NCBI GenBank assembly: GCA_051362555.1
Contig: CM120642.1
Span: forward strand, 12,834,001 to 12,898,000
DNA from: Lingula anatina
Taxonomy: Eukaryota > Animalia > Brachiopoda
Reading direction: 5' to 3'
DNA length: 64,000 bases
The translations under genes and the position numbers were made by a program. The notes beneath the pieces are model-generated. The model did not search any database. It was not told the origin of the DNA and saw only the letters and a program-made list of their open reading frames with translations. This document shows, piece by piece, positions 1 through 15,000 of the stretch (the stretch's first letter is position 1; the number at the start of each line of letters is the position of its first letter).

Positions 1-3000
1 AACTAAGGTTAGTAAATTTTATTTTTTGGGGTGGTGGGATGGGTAAATTGAATAAATCTAATCTTGTTTTTCATTTCTTTTTACAGGACAAAGAAGATGA
101 AGAGCGACCCCACCCGGACATGGACTTCATTCTTGCATCCAAGCTAAGGTTAGTAAATTTTATTTTTTTGGGGTGGTGGGATGGGTAAATTGAATAAATC
201 TAATATCATTTTTCATTTCTTTTTACAGGACAAAGAAGATGACAAGCGACCCCACTCAGACATGGACTTCACTCTTGGATCCAAGCTAAGGTTGGTAAAT
301 TTTATTTTTTTGGGGTGGTGGGATGGGTAAAAGAATAAACCTAATCTCTTTTTTCATTTCTTTTTACAGGACAAAGAAGATGACGAACGGCCCAATCTGG
401 ACATGGACTTCACTCTTGGATCCAAGCTAAGGTTAGTATATTTTATTTTTTTGGGGTGGTGGGATGGGTAAATTGAATAAATCTAATATCATTTTTCATT
501 TCTTTTTACAGGACAAAGAAGATGACAAGCGACCCCACTCAGACATGGACTTCACTCTTGGATCCAAGCTAAGGTTAGTAAATTTTATCTTTTTGCTGTG
601 GTGGGATGGGTAAATTGAATAAATCTAATATCATTTTTCATTTCTTTTTACAGGACAAAGAAGATGACGAGCGACCCCAACCTGACATGGACTTCACTCT
701 TGGATCCAAGCTAAGGTTAGTAAATTTTATTTTTTTGGGGTGGTGGGATGGGTAAATTGAATAAATCTAATATCATTTTTCATTTCTTTTTACAGGACAA
801 AGAAGATGACGAGCGACCCCAACCTGACATGGACTTCACTCTTGGATCCAAGCTAAGGTTAGTACGGTAATTCTCCAATCTATACGAACGATTAAAATTA
901 ATTATTTTTGGAAGATAATCATTTTGTTTGTAAGGCTTGAAATTCAGTCTGCTAAAAATTGCCACGCGTTCGTATCAATTGAAATACGGATGGAATACGG
1001 CTGTACCTGAAGTTATTTCCACTTACCTACATTGCTAAGTGTAAGCATTACTTTCAGATTAAATCACTGTGATCAGCTAAAAGCACAAACAAATTATTCT
1101 TGCAATATTGCAATGAATTAAAACAAACTAAACAAAAGTCGGGAATTCAAGTTAAAAAACAATTTCTTCATACTAAAGAGGTACATTTCTCCCAAGACAA
1201 GACAACATCGTTTTTCCCTGTTATGTTTTACCAAAACAGGACAACATCGTTTTTCCCAACTTCTGTCAAAAACAGACACGAATATTTTCGTATCCAGTTG
1301 CATATTTTATTTATTGCATGTTTACTTTTAATATGATTTCACATATAGAAAATTTGCAATATTAATAATGTCACCCCCCCCCCCCATTAGGCCTAAATAA
1401 ATTTCTCCCGCCAAAACAAAATACTTGAAACTCCTCAGTAGATATCACTGACGTTAATAGAGATTATACTTGATATAAAAAAATAACATCAGCTCAATTC
1501 AAGTCTATTTATGAAAGTCTTATACAGCATATTAATTTGCACGCAATCAATGTAAACTTAATTAGAAAAAATACAGAAAACTGCAGGCAAATTTGTATAA
1601 GGTCATACGGCACCTTTATTTTTCACAATCACTAATATCAGTAAGGTTTACCTAATAGTTGTTCATGAGACAAGGTCTTTAACAAGGAAAAACAAACAAA
1701 CAAACAAACAAAAAAGTACATTAACTTTATCACAACTCCAATTAGAAAAATAAATACAATACAAGACAGAACTCTTAAAAAAATTAATTTCCTGATGACT
1801 ACCAAAAACAAATGAAAAACTCGATCATTGACAATGGATTTCTCATACTCTTCTGTTGTGCGTGGGTTTCAAGTTTATAGATTTTACTAGAAACCAGTTA
1901 TCGGTGAAACACTGATGGTGGATGTTGATGATCCAGTCGGCCGGCAGAAGTTAAGAAATGATAATAAACAGTAAGTAATTTATGCGTACTGATGCTGTCA
2001 ATAATTTCTCAATAACAATAGGGTTTTAAAACTACTGGCCTGTAGCTGCTGGCGGGCAGGTTGAGTCCTCCTATCGTCTCATTCAAAAACAGCACAAATA
2101 CATGATAACAATCTCTCCTGTCAAGTGGCAGTTCCTTTGTTTGGAACGGTGGTCTGAAAACTCGCTTTGATGAATCATGGGGCGAGTTTCAATCGGGCAC
2201 ACTTTCTTGCGTTCGGAAAATTTAAATTGTGCCCAAGGTGAGTTTAGCGATCGTTCGTACAGAACGGAGACAAAAAATTCAGATTCAGAGAATAAACATT
2301 TCGTTCGTAATTATTGCGGCGTTCGTATAGATTGGAGAATTACCGTAAATTATATTTTTTTGGGGTGGTGGGATGGGTAAATTGAATAAATCTAATCTAG
2401 TTTCTTATTTCTATTTACAGGACAAAGAAGATGACGAGCGACCCCACCTGGACATGGACTTCACTCTTAGATCCAAGCTAAGGTTAGTAAATTTTATATT
2501 TTGGGGTGGTGGGATGGGTAAATTGAATAAATCTAATCTTGTTTTTCATTTCTTTTTACAGGACAAAGATGACGAGCGACCCCAGCCAGACATGGACTTC
2601 ACTCTTGGATCCAAGCTAAGGTTAGTAAATTTTATTTTTTTGATGTGGTGGATTGGGTAAATTGAATAAATCTAATCTTGTTTTTCATTTATTTTTACAG
2701 GACAAAGAAGATGACGAGCGACCCCAACCGGACATGGACTTCACTCTTGGATCTAAACTAAGGTTAGTAAATTTTATTTTTTGGGGTGGTGGGATGGGTA
2801 AATTAAATAAATCTAATCTTGTTTTTTATTTCTTTTTACAGGACAAAGAAGATGAAGAGCGACCCCACCCGGACATGGACTTCATTCTTGCATCCAAGCT
2901 AAGGTTGGTAAATTTTATTTTTTTGGGGTGGTTGGATGGGTAAAATGAAAAAATCTAATCTTGATTTTCTTTTCTTTTTACAGGACAAAGAAGATGACGA

Positions 3001-6000
3001 GCGACCCCAACCGGATATGGACTTCACTCTTGGATCCAAGCTAAGGTTAGTAAATTTTATTTTTTTGGGGTGGTGGGATGGGTAAATTGAATAAATCTAA
3101 TATCATTTTTCATTTCTTTTTACAGCACAAAGAAGATGACGAGCGACCCCAACCTGACATGGACTTCACTCTTGGATCCAAGCTAAGGTTAGTAAATTTT
3201 ATTTTTTGGGGGTGGTGGGATGGGTAAATTGAATAAATCTAATATCATTTTTCATTTCTTTTTACAGGACAAAGAAGATGACGAACGGCCCAATCTGGAC
3301 ATGGACTTCACTCTTGGATCCAAGCTAAGGTTAGTAAATTTTATTTTTTTGGGGTGGTGGGATGGGTAAATTGAATAAATCTAATATCATTTTTCATTTC
3401 TTTTTACAGGACAAAGAAGATGACAAGCGACCCCAGCCAGACATGGACTTCACTCTTGGATCCAAGCTAAGGTTAGTAAATTTTATCTTTTTGGTGTGGT
3501 GGGATGGGTAAATTGAATAAATCTAATATCATTTTTCATTTCTTTTTACAGGACAAAGAAGATGACGAGCGACCCCAACCTGACATGGACTTCACTCTTG
3601 GATCCAAGCTAAGGTTAGTAAATTTTATTTTTTTGGGGTGGTGGGATGGGTAAATTGAATAAATCTAATATCATTTTTCATTTCTTTTTACAGGACAAAG
3701 AAGATGACAAGCGACCCCAGCCAGACATGGACTTCACTCTTGGATCCAAGCTAAGGTTAGTAAATTTTATCTTTTTGGTGTGGTGGGATGGGTAAATTGA
3801 ATAAATCTAATATCATTTTTCATTTCTTTTTACAGGACAAAGAAGATGACGAGCGACCCCAACCGGACATGGACTTCACTCTTGGATCCAAGCTAAGGTT
3901 AGTAAATTTTATTTTTTTGGGGTGGTGGGATGGGTAAATTGAATAAATCTAATATCATTTTTCATTTCTTTTTACAGGACAAAGAAGATGACGAGCGACC
4001 CCAACCTGACATGGACTTCACTCTTGGATCCAAGCTAAGGTTAGTAAATTATATTTTTTTGGGGTGGTGGGATGGGTAAATTGAATAAATCTAATCTAGT
4101 TTTTCATTTCTATTTACAGGACAAAGAAGATGACGAGCGACCCCACCTGGACATGGACTTCACTCTTGGATCCAAGCTAAGGTTAGTAAATTTTATTTTT
4201 TTGGTGTGGTGGATTGGGTAAATTGAATAAATCTAATCTTGTTTTTCATTTCTTTTTACAGGACAAAGATGACGAGCGACCCCAGCCAGACATGGACTTC
4301 ACTCTTGGATCCAAGCTAAGGTTAATAAATTTTATTTTTTTGATGTGGTGGATTGGGTAAATTGAATAAATCTAATCTTGTTTTTCATTTATTTTTACAG
4401 GACAAAGAAGATGACGAGCGACCCCAACCGGACATGGACTTCACTCTTGGATCTAAACTAAGGTTAGTAAATTTTATTTTTTGGGGTGGTGGGATGGGTA
4501 AATTAAATAAATCTAATCTTGTTTTTTATTTCTTTTTACAGGACAAAGAAGATTAAGAGCGACCCCACCCGGACATGGACTTCATTCTTGCATCCAAGCT
4601 AAGGTTGGTAAATTTTATTTTTTGGGGTGGTTGGATGGGTAAAATGAAAAAATCTAATCTTGATTTTCTTTTCTTTTTACAGGACAAAGAAGATGACGAG
4701 CGACCCCACCCGGACATGGACTTCACTCTTGGATCCAAGCTAAGGTTAGTAAATTTTATTTTTTTGGGGGTGTTGGGATGGGTAAATGAATAAACCTAAT
4801 CTCTTTTTTCATTTCTTTTTACAGGACAAAGAAGATGACGAGCGACCCCAACCGGACATGGACTTCACTCTTGGATCCAAGCTAAGGTTAGTAAATTTTA
4901 TTTTTTTGGGGTGGTGGGATGGGTAAATTGAATAAATCTAATCTAGTTTTTCATTTTTATTTACAGGACAAAGAAGATGACGAACGGCCCAATCCGGACA
5001 TGGACTTGACTCTTGGATCCAAGATAAGGTTAGTAAATTTTATTTTTTTTGGGATGGTGGGATGGGTACTTTTAATAAATCTAATCTTGTTTTTCATTTC
5101 TATTTACAAGACAAAGAAGATGATGAGCCACCCCAACAGGACATTGACTTCACTCTTGGATTCAAGCTAAGGTTAGTAAATTTGATTTTTTTGGGGTGGT
5201 GGGATGGGTAAATTGAATAAATCTAATCTTGTTTTTCATTTCTTTTTACAGGACAAAGAAGATGACGAGCGACCCCAACCAGACATGGACTTCACTCTTG
5301 GATCCAAGCTAAGGTTAGTAAATTTTATTTTTTGGGGGTGGTGGGATGGGTAAATTGAATAAATCTAATATCATTTTTCATTTCTTTTTACAGGACAAAG
5401 AAGATGACGAGCGACCCCAACCGGATATGGACTTCACTCTTGGATCCAAGCTAAGGTTAGTAAATTTTATTTTTTTGGGGTGGTGGGATGGGTAAATTGA
5501 ATAAATCTAATATCATTTTTCATTTCTTTTTACAGGACAAAGAAGATGACGAGCGACCCCAACCTGACATGGACTTCACTCTTGGATCCAAGCTAAGGTT
5601 AGTAAATTTTATTTTTTTGGGGTGGTGGGATGGGTAAATTGAATAAATCTAATATCATTTTTCATTTCTTTTTACAGGACAAAGAAGATGACGAGCGACC
5701 CCAACCTGACATGGACTTCACTCTTGGATCCAAGCTAAGGTTAGTAAATTTTATTTTTTTTGGGTGGTGGGATGGGTCAATTGAATAAATCTAATCTAGT
5801 TTTTCTTTTCTATTTACAGGACAAAGAAGATGACGAGCGACCCCACCTGGACATGGACTTCACTCTTGGATCCAAGCTAAGGTTAGTAAATTTTATATTT
5901 TGGGGTGGTGGGATGGGTAAATTGAATAAATCTAATCTTGTTTTTCATTTCTTTTTACAGGACAAAGAAGATGACGAGCGATCCCAGCCAGACATGGACT

Positions 6001-9000
6001 TCACTCTTGGATCCAAGCTAAGGTTAGTAAATTTTATTTTTTTGATGTGGTGGATTGGGTAAATTGAATAAATCTAATATCATTTTTCATTTCTTTTTAC
6101 AGGACAAAGAAAATGACGAGCGACCCCAACCTGACATGGACTTCACTCTTGGATCCAAGCTAAGGTTAGTAAATTTTATTTTTTTGGGGGTGTTGGGATG
6201 GGTAAATGAATAAACCTAATCTCTTTTTTCATTTCTTTTTACAGGACAAAGAAGATGACGAACAGTCCAATCTGGACATGGACTTCACTCTTGGATCCAA
6301 GCTAAGGTTAGTAAATTTTATTTTTTGGGGGGTGTTGGGATGGGGAAATGAATAAACCTAATCTCTTTTTTCATTTCTTTTTACAGGACAAAGAAGATGA
6401 CGAACGGTCCAATCTGGACATAGACTTCACTCTTGGATCCAAGCTAAGGTTAGTAAATTTTATTTTTTTGGGGTGGTGGGATGGGTAAATTGAATAAATC
6501 TAATATCATTTTTCATTTCTTTTTACAGGACAAAGAAGATGACGAGCGACCCCACCCAGACATGGACTTCACTCTTGGATCCAAGCTTAGGTTAGTAAAC
6601 TTTATCTTTTTGGTGTGGTGGGATGGGTAAATTGAATAAATCTAATATCATTTTTCATTTCTTTTTACAGGACACAGAAGATGACGAGCGACCCCAACCT
6701 GACATGGACTTCAATCTTGGATCCAAGCTAAGGTTAGTAAATTTTATTTTTTGGGGGTGGTGGGATGGGTAAATTGAATAAATCTAATATCATTTTTCAT
6801 TTCTTTTTACAGGACAAAGAAAATGACGAGCGACCCCAACTTGACAGGGACTTCACTCTTGGATCCAAGCTAAGGTTAGTAAATTTTATTTTTTTGGGGT
6901 GGTGGGATGGGTAAATTGAATAAATCTAATCTAGTTTTTCTTTTCTATTTACAGGACAAAGAAGATGATGAGCGACCCCACCTGGACATGGACTTCACTC
7001 TTGGATCCAAGCTAAGGTTAGTAAATTTTATATTTTGGGGTGGTGGGATGGGTAAATTGAATAAATCTAATCTTGTTTTTCATTTCTTTTTACAGGACAA
7101 AGAAGATGACGAGCGACCCCAGCCAGACATGGACTTCACTCTTGGATCCAAGCTAAGGTTAGTAAATTTTATTTTTTTGGGGTGGTGGGATGGGTAAATT
7201 GAATAAATCTAATATCATTTTTCATTTCTTTTTACAGGACAAAGAAGATGACGAGCGACCCCACCCAGACATGGACTTCACTCTTGGATCCAAGCTAAGG
7301 TTAGTAAACTTTATCTTTTTGGTGTGGTGGGATGGGTAAATTGAATAAATCTAATATCATTTTTCATTTCTTTTTACAGGACACAGAAGATGACGAGCGA
7401 CCCCAACCTGACATGGACTTCACTCTTGGATCCAAGCTAAGGTTAGTAAATTTTATTTTTTTGGGGTGGTGGGATGGGTAAATTGAATAAATCTAATATC
7501 ATTTTTCATTTCTTTTTACAGGACAAAGAAAATGACGAGCGACCCCAACCTGACATGGACTTCACTCTTGGATCCAAGCTAAGGTTAGTAAATTTTATTT
7601 TTTTGGGGTGGTGGGATGGGTAAATTGAATAAATCTAATCTAGTTTTTCTTTTCTATTTACAGGACAAAGAAGATGACGAGCGACCCCACCTGGACATAG
7701 ACTTCACTCTTGGATCCAAGCTAAGGTTAGTAAATTTTATATTTTGGGGTGGTGGGATGGGTAAATTGAATAAATCTAATCTTGTTTTTCATTTCTTTTT
7801 ACAGGACAAAGAAGATGACGAGCGACCCCAGCCAGACATGGACTTCACTCTTGGATCCAAGCTAAGGTTAGTAAATTTTATTTTTTTGATGTGGTGGATT
7901 GGGTAAATTGAATAAATCTAATCTTGTTTTTCATTTATTTTTTACAGGACAAAAAAGATGACGAGCGACCCCAACCGGACATGGACTTCACTCTTGGATC
8001 TAAACTAAGGTTAGTAAATTTTATTTTTTGGGGTGGTGGGATGGGTAAATTGAATAAATCTAATCTTGTTTTTCATTTCTTTTTACAGGACAAAGAAGAT
8101 GACGAGCGACCCCACCCGGACATGGACTTCACTCTTGGATCCAAGCTAAGGTTAGTAAATTTTATTTTTTTGGGGTGGTGGGATGGGTAAATTGAATAAA
8201 TCTAATATCATTTTTCATTTCTTTTTACAGGACAAAGAAGATGACGAGCGACCCCACCCAGACATGGACTTCACTCTTGGATCCAAGCTAAGGTTAGTAA
8301 ACTTTATCTTTTTGGTGTGGTGGGATGGGTAAATTGAATAAATCTAATATCATTTTTCATTTCTTTTTACAGGACACAGAAGATGACGAGCGACCCCAAC
8401 CTGACATGGACTTCACTCTTGGATCCAAGCTAAGGTTAGTAAATTTTTTTTTTTTGGGGTGGTGGGATGGGTAAATTGAATAAATCTAATATCATTTTTC
8501 ATTTCTTTTTACAGGACAAAGAAAATGACGAGCGACCCCAACCTGACATGGACTTCACTCTTGGATCCAAGCTAAGGTTAGTAAATTTTATTTTTTTGGG
8601 GTGGTGGGATGGGTAAATTGAATAAATCTAATCTAATTTTTCTTTTCTATTTACAGGACAAAGAAGATGACGAGCGACCCCACCTGGACATGGACTTCAC
8701 TCTTGCATCCAAGCTAAGGTTGGTAAATTTTATTTTTTTGGTGTGGTGGGATGGGTAAATTGAATAAATCTAATCTTGCTTTTCATTTCTTTTTACAGGA
8801 CAAAGAAGATGACGAGCGACCCCAACCAGACATGGACTTCACTCTTGGATCCAAGCTAAGGTAAGTAAATTTTATTTTTTTGGGGTGGTGGGATGGGTAA
8901 ATTGAAGAAATCTAATATCATTTTTCATTTCTTTTTACAGGACAAAGAAGATGACGAGCGACCCCAACCTGACATGGACTTCACTCTTGGATCCAAGCTA

Positions 9001-12000
9001 AGGTTAGTAAATTTTATTTTTTTGGGGTGGTTGGATGGGTAAATTGAAAAAATCTTACTTTGTTTTTCATTTCTTTTTACAGGACAAAGAAGATGACGAG
9101 CCACCCCAGCCAGACATGGACTTCACTCTTGGATCCAAGCTAAGGTTAGTAAATTTTATTTTTTTGATGTGGTGGATTGGGTAAATTGAATAAATCTAAT
9201 CTTGTTTTTCATTTATTTTTACAGGACAAAGAAGATGACGAGCGACCCCAACCGGACATGGACTTCACTCTTGGATCTAAACTAAGGTTAGTAAATTTTA
9301 TTTTTTGGGGTGGTGGGATGGGTAAATTGAATAAATCTAATCTTGTTTTTCATTTCTTTTTACAGGACAAAGAAGATGAAGAGGGACCCCACCCGGACAT
9401 GGACTTCATTCTTGCATCCAAGCTAAGGTTGGTAAATTTTATTTTTTTGGTGTGGTGGGATGGGTAAATTGAATAAATCTAATCTTGCTTTTCATTTCTT
9501 TTTACAGGACAAAGAAGATGACGAGCGACCCCAACCAGACATGGACTTCACTCTTGGATCGAAGCTAAGGTTAGTAAATTTTATTTTTTGGGGGTGGTGG
9601 GATGGGTAAATTGAATAAATCTAATCTTGTTTTTCATTTCTTTTTACAGGACAAAGAAGATGAAGAACGACCCCAACCGGACATGGATTCACTCTTGGAT
9701 CGAAGCTAAGGTTAGTAAATTTTATTTTTTTGGGGTGGTTGGATGGGTAATTTAAAAAATCTAATCTTGTTTTTCATTTTTTTTTTAACAGGACAAAGAA
9801 GATGACGAGCGACCCCACCTGTACATGGACTTCACTCTTGGATCCAAGCTAAGGTTAGTAAATTTTATTTTTTGGGGTGGTGGGATGGGTAAATTGAAAA
9901 AATGTAATCTTGTTTTTCATTTCTTTTTACAGGACAAAGAAGATGACGAGCGACCCCGCCTGGACATGGACTTCAGTCTTGGATCCAAGCTAAGCTTAGT
10001 AATTTTTATTTTTTGGGGTGGTTGGATGGGTAAATTGAAAAAATCTTACTTTGTTTTTCATTTCTTTTTACAGGACAAAGAAGATGACGAGCGACCCCAC
10101 CCGGACATGGACTTCACTCTTGGATCCAAGCTAAGGTTAGTAAATTTAATTTTTGGGGTGGTGGGATAGGTAAATTGAATAAATCTAATATTGTTTTTCA
10201 TTTCTTTTTACAGGACAAAGAAGATGACGAGCGACCCCAACCGGACATGGACTTCACTCTTGGATCCAAGCTAAGGTTAGTAAATTTTATTTTTTTGGGG
10301 TGGTGGGATGGGTAAATTGAATAAATCTAATATCATTTTTCATTTCTTTTTACAGGACAAAGAAAATGACGAGCGACCCCAACCTGACATGGACTTCACT
10401 CTTGGATCCAAGCTAAGGTTAGTAAATTTTATTTTTTTGGGGTGGTGGGATGGGTAAATTGAATAAATCTAATCTAATTTTTCTTTTCTATATACAGGAC
10501 AAAGAAGATGACGAGCGACCCCACCTGGACATGGACTTCACTCTTGCATCCAAGCTAAGGTTGGTAAATTTTATTTTTTTGGTGTGGTGGGATGGGTAAA
10601 TTGAATAAATCTAATCTTGCTTTTCATTTCTTTTTACAGGACAAAGAAGATGACGAGCGACCCCAACCAGACATGGACTTCACTCTTGGATCCAAGCTAA
10701 GGTAAGTAAATTTTATTTTTTTGGGGTGGTGGGATGGGTAAATTGAAGAAATCTAATATCATTTTTCATTTCTTTTTACAGGACAAAGAAGATGACGAGC
10801 GACCCCAACCTGACATGGACTTCACTCTTGGATCCAAGCTAAGGTTAGTAAATTTTATTTTTTTGGGGTGGTTGGATGGGTAAATTGAAAAAATCTTAAT
10901 TTGTTTTTCATTTCTTTTTACAGGACAAAGAAGATGACGAGCCACCCCAGCCAGACATGGACTTCACTCTTGGATCCAAGCTAAGGTTAGTAAATTTTAT
11001 TTTTTTGATGTGGTGGATTGGGTAAATTGAATAAATCTAATCTTGTTTTTCATTTATTTTTACAGGACAAAGAAGATGACGAGCGACCCCAACCGGACAT
11101 GGACTTCACTCTTGGATCTAAACTAAGGTTAGTAAATTTTATTTTTTGGGGTGGTGGGATGGCTAAATTGAATAAATCTAATCTTGTTTTTCATTTCTTT
11201 TTACAGGACAAAGAAGATGAAGAGGGACCCCACCCGGACATGGACTTCATTCTTGCATCCAAGCTAAGGTTGGTAAATTTTATTTTTTTGGTGTGGTGGG
11301 ATGGGTAAATTGAATAAATCTAATCTTGCTTTTCATTTCTTTTTACAGGACAAAGAAGATGACGAGCGACCCCAACCAGACATGGACTTCACTCTTGGAT
11401 CGAAGCTAAGGTTAGTAAATTTTATTTTTTGGGGGTGGTGGGATGGGTAAATTGAATAAATCTAATCTTGTTTTTCATTTCTTTTTACAGGACAAAGAAG
11501 ATGAAGAACGACCCCAACCGGACATGGATTCACTCTTGGATCGAAGCTAAGGTTAGTAAATTTTATTTTTTTGGGGTGGTTGGATGGGTAATTTAAAAAA
11601 TCTAATCTTGTTTTTCATTTTTTTTTTAACAGGACAAAGAAGATGACGAGCGACCCCACCTGTACATGGACTTCACTCTTGGATCCAAGCTAAGGTTAGT
11701 AAATTTTATTTTTTGGGGTGGTGGGATGGGTAAATTGAAAAAATGTAATCTTGTTTTTCATTTCTTTTTACAGGACAAAGAAGATGACGAGCGACCCCGC
11801 CTGGACATGGACTTCAGTCTTGGATCCAAGCTAAGCTTAGTAATTTTTATTTTTTGGGGTGGTTGGATGGGTAAATTGAAAAAATCTTACTTTGTTTTTC
11901 ATTTCTTTTTACAGGACAAAGAAGATGACGAGCGACCCCACCCGGACATGGACTTCACTCTTGGATCCAAGCTAAGGTTAGTAAATTTAATTTTTGGGGT

Positions 12001-15000
12001 GGTGGGATAGGTAAATTGAATAAATCTAATATTGTTTTTCATTTCTTTTTACAGGACAAAGAAGATGACGAGCGACCCCAACCGGACATGGACTTCACTC
12101 TTGGATCCAAGCTAAGGTTAGTAAATTTTATTTTTTTGGGGTGGTGGGATGGGTAAATTGAATAAATCTAATCTAGTTTTTCATTTTTATTTACAGGACA
12201 AAGAAGATGACGAACGGCCCAATCCGGACATGGACTTGACTCTTGGATCCAAGATAAGGTTAGTAAATTTTATTTTTTTTGGGATGGTGGGATGGGTACT
12301 TTTAATAAATCTAATCTTGTTTTTCATTTCTATTTACAAGACAAAGAAGATGATGAGCCACCCCAACAGGACATTGACTTCACTCTTGGATTCAAGCTAA
12401 GGTTAGTAAATTTGATTTTTTTGGGGTGGTGGGATGGGTAAATTGAATAAATCTAATCTTGTTTTTCATTTCTTTTTACAGGACAAAGAAGATGACGAGC
12501 GACCCCAACCAGACATGGACTTCACTCTTGGATCCAAGCTAAGGTTAGTAAATTTTATTTTTTGGGGGTGGTGGGATGGGTAAATTGAATAAATCTAATA
12601 TCATTTTTCATTTCTTTTTACAGGACAAAGAAGATGACGAGCGACCCCAACCGGATATGGACTTCACTCTTGGATCCAAGCTAAGGTTAGTAAATTTTAT
12701 TTTTTTGGGGTGGTGGGATGGGTAAATTGAATAAATCTAATATCATTTTTCATTTCTTTTTACAGGACAAAGAAGATGACGAGCGACCCCAACCTGACAT
12801 GGACTTCACTCTTGGATCCAAGCTAAGGTTAGTAAATTTTATTTTTTTGGGGTGGTGGGATGGGTAAATTGAATAAATCTAATATCATTTTTCATTTCTT
12901 TTTACAGGACAAAGAAGATGACGAGCGACCCCAACCTGACATGGACTTCACTCTTGGATCCAAGCTAAGGTTAGTAAATTTTATTTTTTTTGGGTGGTGG
13001 GATGGGTCAATTGAATAAATCTAATCTAGTTTTTCTTTTCTATTTACAGGACAAAGAAGATGACGAGCGACCCCACCTGGACATGGACTTCACTCTTGGA
13101 TCCAAGCTAAGGTTAGTAAATTTTATATTTTGGGGTGGTGGGATGGGTAAATTGAATAAATCTAATCTTGTTTTTCATTTCTTTTTACAGGACAAAGAAG
13201 ATGACGAGCGATCCCAGCCAGACATGGACTTCACTCTTGGATCCAAGCTAAGGTTAGTAAATTTTATTTTTTTGATGTGGTGGATTGGGTAAATTGAATA
13301 AATCTAATATCATTTTTCATTTCTTTTTACAGGACAAAGAAAATGACGAGCGACCCCAACCTGACATGGACTTCACTCTTGGATCCAAGCTAAGGTTAGT
13401 AAATTTTATTTTTTTGGGGGTGTTGGGATGGGTAAATGAATAAACCTAATCTCTTTTTTCATTTCTTTTTACAGGACAAAGAAGATGACGAACAGTCCAA
13501 TCTGGACATGGACTTCACTCTTGGATCCAAGCTAAGGTTAGTAAATTTTATTTTTTGGGGGGTGTTGGGATGGGGAAATGAATAAACCTAATCTCTTTTT
13601 TCATTTCTTTTTACAGGACAAAGAAGATGACGAACGGTCCAATCTGGACATGGACTTCACTCTTGGATCCAAGCTAAGGTTAGTAAATTTTATTTTTTTG
13701 GGGTGGTGGGATGGGTAAATTGAATAAATCTAATATCATTTTTCATTTCTTTTTACAGGACAAAGAAGATGACGAGCGACCCCACCCAGACATGGACTTC
13801 ACTCTTGGATCCAAGCTTAGGTTAGTAAACTTTATCTTTTTGGTGTGGTGGGATGGGTAAATTGAATAAATCTAATATCATTTTTCATTTCTTTTTACAG
13901 GACAAAGAAGATGACGAGCGACCCCGCCTGGACATGGACTTCAGTCTTGGATCCAAGCTAAGCTTAGTAATTTTTATTTTTTGGGGTGGTTGGATGGGTA
14001 AATTGAAAAAATCTTACTTTGTTTTTCATTTCTTTTTACAGGACAAAGAAGATGACGAGCGACCCCACCCGGACATGGACTTCACTCTTGGATCCAAGCT
14101 AAGGTTAGTAAATTTAATTTTTGGGGTGGTGGGATAGGTAAATTGAATAAATCTAATATTGTTTTTCATTTCTTTTTACAGGACAAAGAAGATGACGAGC
14201 GACCCCAACCGGACATGGACTTCACTCTTGGATCCAAGCTAAGGTTAGTAAATTTTATTTTTTTGGGGTGGTGGGATGGGTAAATTGAATAAATCTAATC
14301 TAGTTTTTCATTTTTATTTACAGGACAAAGAAGATGACGAACGGCCCAATCCGGACATGGACTTGACTCTTGGATCCAAGATAAGGTTAGTAAATTTTAT
14401 TTTTTTTGGGATGGTGGGATGGGTACTTTTAATAAATCTAATCTTGTTTTTCATTTCTATTTACAAGACAAAGAAGATGATGAGCCACCCCAACAGGACA
14501 TTGACTTCACTCTTGGATTCAAGCTAAGGTTAGTAAATTTGATTTTTTTGGGGTGGTGGGATGGGTAAATTGAATAAATCTAATCTTGTTTTTCATTTCT
14601 TTTTACAGGACAAAGAAGATGACGAGCGACCCCAACCAGACATGGACTTCACTCTTGGATCCAAGCTAAGGTTAGTAAATTTTATTTTTTGGGGGTGGTG
14701 GGATGGGTAAATTGAATAAATCTAATATCATTTTTCATTTCTTTTTACAGGACAAAGAAGATGACGAGCGACCCCAACCGGATATGGACTTCACTCTTGG
14801 ATCCAAGCTAAGGTTAGTAAATTTTATTTTTTTGGGGTGGTGGGATGGGTAAATTGAATAAATCTAATATCATTTTTCATTTCTTTTTACAGGACAAAGA
14901 AGATGACGAGCGACCCCAACCTGACATGGACTTCACTCTTGGATCCAAGCTAAGGTTAGTAAATTTTATTTTTTTGGGGTGGTGGGATGGGTAAATTGAA

